DNA of 32,345 nt, from NCBI RefSeq assembly GCF_001194135.2, contig NC_069009.1, forward strand, positions 2,095,642-2,127,986, given 5' to 3'. The notes under the pieces are model-generated. The model was not told the origin of the DNA. It did no database searches and saw nothing but the letters and a program-made list of their open reading frames with translations. Each line of letters starts with the position of its first letter. Within the stretch, counting starts at the first letter, position 1. This document shows, in pieces, positions 1-9,473 of this stretch. This stretch comes from Octopus bimaculoides (Eukaryota). The position numbers and the translations under genes are program-made.

Positions 1-61
1 TATATATAAACCGTTCAAAGAATACTCGACTAATTGTATACAAAATTCTCTTACATTACAT

Positions 62-63
62 AC

Positions 64-129
<66 letters not shown>

Positions 130-265
130 CTATAGATAGATAGATAGATAGCTATAGATAGATAGATAGATAGCTATAGATAGATAGCTATAGATAGAGA
201 TAGATAGATAGACAGAGATAGATAGATAAATAGACAGACAGAGAGAGAGATAGATAGATAGATAA
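62..265. repeat. (GATA)n microsatellite
   Basis: Direct reading of the sequence. Confidence 0.97.
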
Positions 266-1472
266 ATACTTTGTTAAACATCCTTTCGGAAATCTAATGT
301 TAGAAAGGGAGATAATTTTGGTGGTAATTAACTTTTACGAGGGGAGGTAACTCTCCGACAAATCAATGTTTTCCCTTGTTTTTTTTCTCTTGTCATTTCA
401 TTCACCTTGACATGTTCACACCCACAGACTGTGAGTATATTATATAATTAATTACACACACACACATATCTGTGGTAATTTGCATATGTAAATAGGATTA
501 GGATTGTGCGTATTGTGTTGTATATGCGCGTATAAATTGTAATTTAGAGCCAGTTCCATTCTCTCATCTTTTCAATCCGTGATAAATTTTTCGCTTATTC
601 AGACATATTGCATAACGAGCACATCTACACTTTAATGCCCCACCACAATTTGTTTGTTTTATTTAAATTACATTTCAAAAGGTAAAGATGAAAATTATGC
701 TGATAAAATTTAGGAGAAAGAGAGTCATTTTGGTTTTTCAGTTTTCTCTTTCTAAAAGTCATACTTATGCAATCTTTCGGTATTAGTAGACGGCGTATTC
801 ACCCACACAACGTTGCCTTGCAGCATAGATAAAGAGGCTGGGCTGAAATGATGTCGTCTACTTATACTGAAAAAAGAAATGCCCATCCTTTTTTTTTTCT
901 TTTCAATTTATTGGGTTTTTTTTTTTCCAATCTGTTTATGATCGTTGCATAAACAAAGAAAAGAGGGGAAAAAATCATTTATAACTGTTGTGGTCAAGCT
1001 GCGGGACTTTTTGAATAAACGAAACGTTACCTTGAAATATTTAGTTGTGTGGCTTGCTTCTCAGAAAATATTACCCATGCCTGACCAGTAACATTAGCTT
1101 GATTGTCTATCGTGAACATGAATGAAATCAGGAAGCTCTTAGGAAACTCTCTATTCTGCTGTTTGCTCAGGAAATTACAAATCAAATGTATTAGGGCAAG
1201 ACTTCCGCCCGTCCCCCACCAAAAAAACCACCCTGGTGTAGAGCTTTGGCTGCTCTTTCTAGCGAGTCAGATGTCCTTTTATGGGCATCTCTAATGTGTA
1301 TTAAATGTACACTGTATTTTATATATATATATATATATTTATGTGTGTATAAATATATATTTATTCGTTTTCTTTCTCTTTCTCTCCTTACAGTTTCTGT
1401 ATAAAGGATAACTTGACCAGGTAGAGTCCCCAATTTCTTGGACAGACTCTCTTCTTCAACAGCCTGTCCACA

Positions 1473-1550
1473 ATGGCGGAAAAGGCTACACTCGCTTACC
1501 TACAAGGGGCCACTCTCAAGACCTTAGGCGATGACCCTAAGGAGTTTGGG
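1473..1550 (+). CDS. PRXL2A: PRXL2A/SelU coding exon 1 (exon begins at the 1463 acceptor)
   Basis: Acceptor tcttcttcaacag ends at 1462; ATG at 1473; donor gtgagt at 1551; 26 codons. Confidence 0.88.
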
Positions 1551-1647
1551 GTGAGTATGTGTGTGTATATATATATATACACACGTGCACATTTATATGA
1601 AATGATCATGGTTGGCGTTTGTGTATGTTATGTCTGTCTCTCTCTTC

Positions 1648-1690
<43 letters not shown>

Positions 1691-2309
1691 TATATGTCTG
1701 TGTGTGTGTATGTATATGTATGTATATATGTATGTGTATATGTATATATGTGTATATATGTATGTGTATGTATGTATGTATATATGTGTATATATGTATA
1801 TATATATGTATGTGTATATATGTATATATATATGTATGTGTATATGTATATATGTGTATATATGTATGTATATATGTGTATATATGTATGTATATATATG
1901 TATGTATGTATATATATGTATGTATGTCGTCCCGTCTGAGCAAGGATATGTATGTGTGTGTTTGTTTGTTTGTGGCTTGTATATCTGGAGTGTTTCTCAA
2001 ATTTGTTTTTTGTTTTCACAGGCTGGTGAACTCTGGAAGAATAACGGAGCTATCATCATGGTGGTCCGTCGTCCAGGATGATCCATGTGCAGAGAGGTAA
2101 ACACTTCTATCATTTATATATATATATATATATATATCCCATCGTCCTCATCACCACTACTGGAGTGGCTGGCATTAGGAAGGGCATCCAGCCATAGAAA
2201 CCATACCAGAACAGAAAGCGGAACCTGGTACAGTCCATAGCCTTACCAGTTCTGGTCAAACCGTCCAACCCATGCCAGCATGGAAAACGGACATTAAATG
2301 ATGATGACG

Positions 2310-2378
<69 letters not shown>

Positions 2379-5300
2379 TGGGTGGCTGTGTGCTAAATAG
2401 CTTGCTTACCAACCACATAGTTCTGGGTTCAGTCCCACTGCATGGCACCTTGGGCAAGTGTCTTCTACTATAGGCTCAGGCCGACCAAAGCCTTGTGAGT
2501 GGATTTGGTAGACGGAAACTGAAAGAAGCCCGTCGTATATGTGTGTATATATATAGATGTGTGTGTTTGTGTTTGTCCCCATAGCATTGTTTGACAACCG
2601 ATGCTGGTGTGTTTACGTCCCCGTAACTTGACGGTTTGGCAAAAAGAGACCGATAAAATAAGTACTAGGCTTATAAAGAATAAGTCCTGGGGTCGATTAT
2701 GATGATGATGCTGATGATGATGTTATTGATGTTAATACACATGCTGGTCTTCTCTTTTGTTTTTCAGGAAGCGCAAGCGCTGTCCTCTCTGGTGCCTTAC
2801 TTTGATGAACATGGCTTTAACCTTTATGCCGTTGTACACGAATTGTTGGGCACCGAAGAATTCAAATCTTTTTTTTCCGGGGAATTATTTTTGGACGTTG
2901 AAGTAAGTATATATATACCCGCCTCTTCTACCTGTCCTAATTGCTGTTTCTTGTAAACTTGTATGTTGGTTCAGACAAACATGGTCACAAAGACACAGGT
3001 ACACGTAGGCATATATATGTAGAAGACTGGAGAGAAATGAAGGCAGTTCGACAACTGGCACCCATGCCAACGTCGTCTCCTTCATTGGACACGAAACTCG
3101 GCTTGCGAAGACCTGTTGGAGCAAGCGAAAGCGAAACCATGATGGCACCTGTGCCCAGCGTCGCCTTCCTGGCTCTTGCAAAGACGTTCGAGTGAGATCG
3201 TTGCCAGTGCCACTGGACTGGCTCCTGTGCAAGTGGCACCATTTTGTACATACACCAGACATCCACCATTTTGTACATATCGTTGTTGTTGGCACTCCGT
3301 CGCTTACGACGTTGAGGGTTCCAGTTGATCCAATCAACGGAACAGCCTGCTCTTGAAATTAACGTGCAAGTGGCTGAGCACTCCACAGACACGTGTACCT
3401 TTAACGTAGTTTTGATGGGATATTCAGCGTGACACAGAGTGTGACAAGNNNNNNNNNNTGGTGGAAGAGTACAGCAGGGTTCGCCACCATCCCCTGCCGG
3501 AGCCTCATGGAGCTTTAGGTGTTTTCGCTCAATAAACACTCACAACGCCCGGTCTGGGAATCAAAACCGCGATCCTATGACCGCGAGTCCCCTGCCCTAA
3601 CCACTGGGCCATTGCGCCTCCACTGTACATACATCACACATCCCCATTTTGCATGTATGCTACACATCCCCTATTTTGTAAGTATGCCATGCATCCACCA
3701 TTTTGTACATGTATGTATATGGATAAGCATAAATGTATATATAACATTTAATCCCTTTTTTCTTTGTAGAAAACATTTTATGGTCCTAAGAAACGATGGG
3801 CATCTTTTGCAGCACTTCTAAACCCTTTAGTATGGATGAATTTATGTAGAGCGAAAAAGAAAGGCGTAAGTGGTAACACATCTGGTGAAGGGAGACTTTT
3901 AGGGGGTAAGTCATCATCTGTCCTGTTTTTTTTTTTTTGTCACTGGTGTGTGGCCATTCTGGGGACACTGCCTTGAAGGGTTCAACTTAAGTGGTTCTCA
4001 AATGATTTTTCACGTCCCACCAGCACAAGTGCCAGTAAGGTGACGCTGGTTATGTATATATATATATAATAATATATATATACTATGATGGGCTCTGTCA
4101 GATTTCCTCTACCAAATCCACTCACAAGGCTTTGGTTGTTCCAAGGTTATAGGTTATATTAGAAGACACTTCCCCAAGGTACCATGATGAGGGACTGAAC
4201 TCAGAACTATGTGGTTGGGAAGCAAACTTGTACCACACAGCCACGCCAAGTTTATTAAACATATTTTGATATATTGTCTTTCATATCCAGTTTCTGTTTT
4301 ATTTATCCTCCTCAGTTACTTTTTTTTTAATTTACAAAGTTGCATTTTTTAATATACAAAGTTGCAGTCCAGCAGTTTTCAGACTTGTTCAGGTAAAACA
4401 TTAGTTTCAAGAGGCATGTTTTGATGGTAAGGGGATTAATTGTGGGACCAGAGGGGGCCCATACTGAGGATGGTTTGTCATGGATTGTGTCCAGTGGGAT
4501 TGGGTATAGCCATTTCCTTCAATCTGGAATGACAAAAATTGGCAGGTCAGCTTATTAGATTTGTAGCGAGACTAATTTCATAATTGCATGTTCAGACTTG
4601 AGTACTCCCAGAAGGGCTCCATACGCATGTCTCTAATGATTGGTTATGTGACCAGTCATGTGACACTGAAATATTTTGTTGAATCAGGCATTTTGATTGA
4701 TCTAGTTTTACATAGAATACTTAGCTTGTTTCCAATCATGTTGCACAATAGACCACCAGATGCAACAAATTAAAAATGCTCGTCTGAGCCCCTTTTTGTT
4801 AATAAATAGCATGAGGTTTTTCATTTTAATTCAGAGAGGAGAGTTTGTTTTCAGGAAGCTATGTCGCATTTTTCTTTGTTCCTGTTGAACAACTGAGTTG
4901 AAAAACCAACTGTGTATGATTTGAATAATGAACTTCCAAAATAGTTTTCACATCCTGACTGCATTCTGCAAACTAGTCATCTATGACAATCAGTATTTAA
5001 CAGGAAGTATTCAAAGTGCTATTATAGCCATCTCCTTCAATCTGAAATAGCAAAAATTGGTAGGACAGCTTATTAGATGTTGTTGTTGTTGTTGGCACTC
5101 CGTCGCTTACGACGTCGAGGGTTCCAGTTGATCCGATCAACGGAACAGCCTGCTCATGAAATCAACGTGCAAGTGGCTGAGCACTCCACAGACACGTGTA
5201 CCCTTAACGTAGTTCTCGGGGATATTCAGCGTGACACAGTGTGACAAGGCTGACCCTTTGAAATACAGGCACAACAGAAACAGGAAGTAAGAGTGAGAGA

Positions 5301-7999
5301 AAGTTGTGGTGAAAGAGTACAGCAGGGTTCACCACCATCCACTGCCGGAGCCTCGTGGAGCTTTAGGTGTTTTCGCTCAATAAACACTCACAACGCCCGG
5401 TCTGGGAATCGAAACTGCGATCCTATGACCGCGAGTCCGCTGCCCTAACCACTGGGCCATTGCACCTCCACTCAGAGAGCTACTACCTCTGTTAGTAACG
5501 AAGGGACTTCCTTTGGAATGAAAGGCAGATTATATGATGCTCCTGCATGGAAAATAGACAATAAATGATAATGATGATATACTGAAATTACTATAACCTA
5601 TATAGCAATATTTATACAGCAATTTATATAGCAATATAGCAAGGGATTACTATAATTATATAAGATCCATTACTTAGGTGACCAAGTCTGTAGTGGGGAG
5701 GGGTTCAGTCCAAAAGCATAGCTGGTAGTATAAGGATAGGCTGGGTGAAGTTCAGAGAGCTACTACCTCTGATAGTAATGAAGGGACTTCCTTTGGAATA
5801 AGAGGCAGATTATACGATGCCCCTGCATGGAAAATAGACAATAAATGATGATGATGACGATGACGATGATAATATACTAAAATTACTATAATTTAAGACA
5901 GGTAGAAGTTCCTTTCCTAAAAGAGTCTCAAAACTTCTGGAATGCACCTTGTATGCTTAATTTTACCTGCAACTTCTGTTTTGCACATTTGTCTTCAACC
6001 TTTTCCTTTTTCTTGTTTTACAGGAGTTTTCGTAATTGGTCCAGGAGAAGCGGGGATTTTGCTGGATCATCGAGAAAACAAGTTTGGAGACCACGTCAAG
6101 GCGGAGCTGATCAAGTCGGTCGTGGCACAGTTCAGGGGAACGGACAAAGACAAAGGCGGAGAAGGTACGGCAGTTGTGGAGAGCGCCGTTGATGAACCGA
6201 AGAGTGCATTTGGGGGCTTCACTGACATCACCCGTGGCGTGACCGACTCGCTGCAAGATACGGCATCTGGTGCAACGAGTCTGGCCAGCCAAGTGCAACA
6301 GAACGTCACGAGCGGACTGGATGACGCAAAGCAGAGTGCTACTGACGAGCTTGACCGTGCCAAGTCAGGTGTGACAGAAACTGGAAGTCAAATGCAGCAG
6401 GACATAGAGAGCAAGGTGGCTGATGGGAAAAAGAGCATAGCAAGCGGAATTGCCGATGCACGGAAATCAGCAACAGATAGCTACAGCGGCGTGACTAGTT
6501 CAATTGGTGATGCACAGAAAAGTGCAGTGTCGGGATTCAATGAAGCGAAACAGTCTGCAGTAAAAGGATTTGGAGATGTTCGTGGCGGAGTCACAAGTAC
6601 CATCAGTGGCGCACAAGAAAGTGCAGTGTCCGGATTCAATGAAGCGAAACAGTCTGCGACTCAAGGAATTGGCGATATTCGCAGTGGCGTAACCAGCACC
6701 ATTTCTGATACACAGAAAAGTGCAGTCACAGGATTCAATGAAGCGAGGCAATCTGCTGTCAAGGGAGTCGGAGATATCCGCAGCGGCGTGACCAGCACCA
6801 TCTCTGATACACAGAAAAGTGCAGTCACTGGATTCAATGAAGCAAAACAATCTGCTGTCAAAGGAATTGGCGATATCCGCAGCGGCGTGACCAGCACTGT
6901 CTCTGATGCACAGAAAAGCGCAGTCACAGGATTCGATGAAGCGAAACAGTCTGCTGTCAAAGGAGTCGGAGACATTCGCAGTGGCGTGACCAGCACTGTC
7001 TCTGATGCACAGAAAAGCGCAGTCACGGGATTCAACGAAGCAAAGCAATCTGCGGTGCAAGGAGCCAGTGATATTCGCCGAGGCGTGAGCAGCACTGTGA
7101 GTGATGCACAAAAGAGTGCAACATCTGCGTTCAATGAAGCGAAACAGTCGGCTGTCCAAGGAGCCGGAGATATTCGCAACAGCGTGACAGGTGCGATTAG
7201 CGATACACAAAAAAGTGCAGTGTCTGGATTCGATGAAGCGAAGCAGTCGGCCGTGCAAGGGTACAGTGACATTCGTAGCGGAATAAGCAGCACCGCCAGT
7301 GATGCACAGAAAAGTGCAGTCACAGGATTCAATGAGGCGCGAAAATCTGCAACTGACAGCTTTGGTGAAATTCGCGGTGGCGTGACTAGCTCGGTAAGCA
7401 GCGCGCAGAAGAATGTAGTATCTGGAATCAATGATGCCAAACAAACTGCATCCCAGGGCCTTGGTGACATGCAGCAAAAGGTGACAGCCTCTGTTGCTGA
7501 TGTGCAACGGAGCGGAGCATCGAGTTTTTCGTCAGCCAAGCAAGGCCTCGCCTCAGGTGTCGCCGGTGCAAAGGGCAGCTTGAACACTGCCAAGGACGAT
7601 GCGTCGAACACTTTCTACGACGCCAAGCAGAGTCTCGACGACAGCATGTCGTCAACCAAACAGGCCGTCTGCGAGAGTGCAAATGCCGTTCGTTCGGACG
7701 CAGACGCTGCAAAGAACCAAGTCGCAGGCAGCATCCAGTCGGCGAAGGACCTCAGTTCAGAAACTGCAGACAAGGTGAAACAGAGCACGACCACAGAGGC
7801 AGCCGGTTTCAAGGGCACCCTAGACAAGTTCACCAAGGACCTGCCTGGCAAGGAAGATTTCCAAGAGGCCCTAGACATGGCTAAAGAGGTCGGCAAAGAG
7901 GAAATAAAAGATGTCATTGAACAAGTGAAAACCACAGCTGGGACCGCGGTATCGGATTATACGACGCAGTTCACCGATAAGCTTGGTTCCTGGAGTTAA
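1473..7999 (+). CDS. PRXL2A: Peroxiredoxin-like 2A / selenoprotein U (FAM213A family), spliced CDS join(1473-1550,2022-2096,2768-2902,3770-3905,6024-7999) = 2400 nt, 799 aa with Sec at residue 46 and a long C-terminal repeat tail
   Basis: All four introns are GT-AG with polypyrimidine tracts and compatible phases (0,0,0,1). The joined peptide [26 protein letters not shown]|[25 protein letters not shown]|EAQALSSL...GELFLDVE|KTFYGPKKR...GEGRLLG|[25 protein letters not shown] matches recalled PRXL2A motifs (KAALEYL..LKTL, ELW..NGAVIMAVRRPGCxxCREEA, FYGP, GEG..LGGVFVVG, GILLEHREKEFGDKV) colinearly. Confidence 0.93.
1556..1965. repeat. Compound (TA)/(CA)/(TATG) microsatellite in intron 1
   Basis: Direct reading; it explains the YI/HT/CV-rich ORFs here. 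Confidence 0.97.
2022..2096 (+). CDS. PRXL2A: PRXL2A/SelU coding exon 2 with in-frame TGA (Sec) at 2079-2081
   Basis: Acceptor ttttcacag; [27 protein letters not shown]; donor gtaaac at 2097. Confidence 0.92.
2145..2310 (+). mobile_element. Family B retroposon 3' end (..catggaaaacggacattaaatgatgatg tail)
   Basis: Shared with 17330-17450, 18045-18372, 18962-19170 and 31118-31262. Confidence 0.75.
2380..2698 (+). mobile_element. tRNA-derived SINE family C (ggagtggctgtgtggtaag..ccttgggcaagtgtctt..)
   Basis: Copies or fragments also at 4086-4245(-), 11330-11523, 19516-19995, 20606-20825, 23010-23620, 26245-26920 and 32137-32296. Confidence 0.8.
2768..2902 (+). CDS. PRXL2A: PRXL2A/SelU coding exon 3
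   Basis: Acceptor tttttcag; [45 protein letters not shown]; donor gtaagt at 2903. Confidence 0.93.
3282..3622 (-). mobile_element. tRNA-derived SINE family A (Arg-like head), interrupting a ~26-bp minisatellite
   Basis: Minus-strand head GGAGGCGCAATGGCCCAGTGGTTAGGG..ACTCGCGG with A/B-box-like motifs and a (CAA)n tail; multiple copies in this window. Confidence 0.85.
3770..3905 (+). CDS. PRXL2A: PRXL2A/SelU coding exon 4 (missed by the ORF track)
   Basis: Acceptor tttctttgtag; [45 protein letters not shown]+G; donor gtaagt at 3906; phase 1. Confidence 0.92.
5079..5471 (-). mobile_element. SINE family A, near full length
   Basis: Same head, body and tail as the other family A copies. Confidence 0.88.
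5472..5892 (+). repeat. ~130-bp imperfect direct duplication in intron 4 (~5472-5600 and ~5752-5892)
   Basis: cagagagctactacctctg..gaagggacttcctttggaat..catggaaaatagacaataaatgat occurs twice. Confidence 0.85.
6024..7999 (+). CDS. PRXL2A: PRXL2A/SelU terminal exon: end of the Trx-fold domain plus ~615-aa repeat-rich extension
   Basis: Acceptor cttgttttacag ends at 6023; phase 1 completes Gly; open frame continues to TAA at 7997-7999. Confidence 0.88.
6509..7498 (+). repeat. Ten in-frame 99-bp (33-aa) coding tandem repeats, consensus [33 protein letters not shown]
   Basis: Units counted in the translation; exact 99-nt period without frameshifts; degenerate units on both flanks. Confidence 0.95.
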
Positions 8000-8047
8000 A
8001 TAGACCGTGACGATGGCAATAACGACATTGCCAGCGGAAGCTGTTGA
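7997..8047 (+). promoter_or_regulatory. Candidate compact GUGA-type SECIS element
   Basis: GUGA at 8007-8010; helix 8011-8020/8027-8036 (9 of 10 pairs); apical loop begins with AA (8021-8022); GA at 8037-8038; weak lower helix 7997-8003/8041-8047. Helix and loop are shorter than canonical. Confidence 0.4.
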
Positions 8048-8293
8048 TTGGATTATATCACCATCGTCACCATCAGCAGCAAACACACTAACACACACAT
8101 GCAGATGAATATACAAGCACATACACACATGCATACATACACATAAATATAAACGTGTATATATNNNNNNNNNNNNNNNNNNNNNNNNNNNNNNNNNNNN
8201 NNNNNNNNNNNNNNNNNNNNNNNNNNNNNNNNNNNNNNNNNNNNNNNNNNNNNNNNNNNNNNNNNNNNNNNNNNNNNNNNNNNNNNNNNNNNN

Positions 8294-8331
<38 letters not shown>

Positions 8332-9103
8332 GTTTGTATTTATGTATACGTGTATAAACACGCACACACACATATATATACACTTGCATATACACACGTC
8401 TAAATACACACATAGGTACATTGACCCAAAGATATACGTGTAAACACAAAACAAACACATATACTTATAAATGAATACATAAATACATACATATACACAC
8501 ACACGTTTCCAGGAATCAAAAATTATTTATAAAAAATAATGTTGAACAAAATCCATAAAAAAAGAATGGAGAGAAAAAGTATCTAACAACCACCAGAAAT
8601 GTGTAAAATTTAAATGAATGAAGACCACGACGAAGAAGAAGAAGAAGAAGAAAGAGGGGGGAACTCCCCACTCTCCCCTCGTTAGCTCCCCGCTAAAGAA
8701 AAAGAAATTGAACAGTGAAAAAAAAAAGAGAGAAAGAGAGAAAGCAAGACCAGATGCTATAATCTTAACTAATTGGATTCGTTCAAGTTAAGTTACCTCC
8801 CTTTGCCGTCGTCCTCCCTACCTCCCCCTCGCCTTGCCAACCACCACCACCACCACCACCATTNNNNNNNNNNNNNNNNNNNNNNNNNNNNNNNNNNNNN
8901 NNNNNNNNNNNNNNNNNNNNNNNNNNNNNNNNNNNNNNNNNNNNNNNNNNNNNNNNNNNNNNNNNNNNNNNNNNNNNNNNNNNNNNNNNNNNNNNNNNNN
9001 NNNNNNNNNNNNNNNNNNNNNNNATGTTGTTAACGGCGTTGGCTGGACTGTAACTATGACAACAGCAACAACTAGTTGTGTAAGTTTGCTGGGTTAGGCC
9101 GTG

Positions 9104-9142
<39 letters not shown>

Positions 9143-9202
9143 CATGAGTAACGTGTATATGCGTGTGTAGTGTGTTTATGTATGCCTGTGTTTATATGCG
9201 TG

Positions 9203-9250
<48 letters not shown>

Positions 9251-9336
9251 TATATAAGCAAATGTGAAGATATATACTTGTATGCATGCATCTACAAGTG
9301 CGTGTGTATATATCAAAGCATATATATCTGTGTACG

Positions 9337-9380
<44 letters not shown>

Positions 9381-9435
9381 CATGCACATACATACACAGC
9401 CCATATATAATACACATACTACATATATATATGTA

Positions 9436-9473
<38 letters not shown>

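Larger units (their letters stand above)
2090..2791 (+). promoter_or_regulatory. Candidate Sec-redefinition element (SRE) formed across the exon 2/3 junction (2090-2096 + 2768-2791)
   Basis: Spliced RNA CAGAGAG|GA-AGCG-CAAG-CGCU-G-UCCUCUCUG gives 13 Watson-Crick pairs, one G bulge and a tetraloop, starting 8 nt after the UGA. Confidence 0.6.

Noticed and set aside
2079-2081. Reading PRXL2A as a pseudogene because of the internal stop
   Set aside because: The stop sits exactly on the redox Cys position, and all other exons and splice sites are intact, which fits Sec better.
1593-2100. YI/HT/CV-rich ORFs here and at 8053-8502, 9170-9730 and 24755-25269
   Set aside because: Translations of dinucleotide and tetranucleotide microsatellites.
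5400-5471. tRNA-Arg-like sequence (and similar heads elsewhere)
   Set aside because: These are SINE heads attached to repeated bodies and tails, not standalone tRNA genes.
6509-7498. CRISPR-like appearance of regular repeats
   Set aside because: These are contiguous coding tandem repeats without unique spacers, in a eukaryotic exon.
6500-7611. Two long antisense ORFs (335 and 316 aa) over the repeat exon
   Set aside because: Shadow frames: a 99-bp unit lacking antisense stops propagates an open frame. The sense frame carries the homology and the synonymous-change pattern.
9056-9100. ATGA-N10-AA stem as an alternative SECIS
   Set aside because: There is no GA on the 3' strand to form the core.
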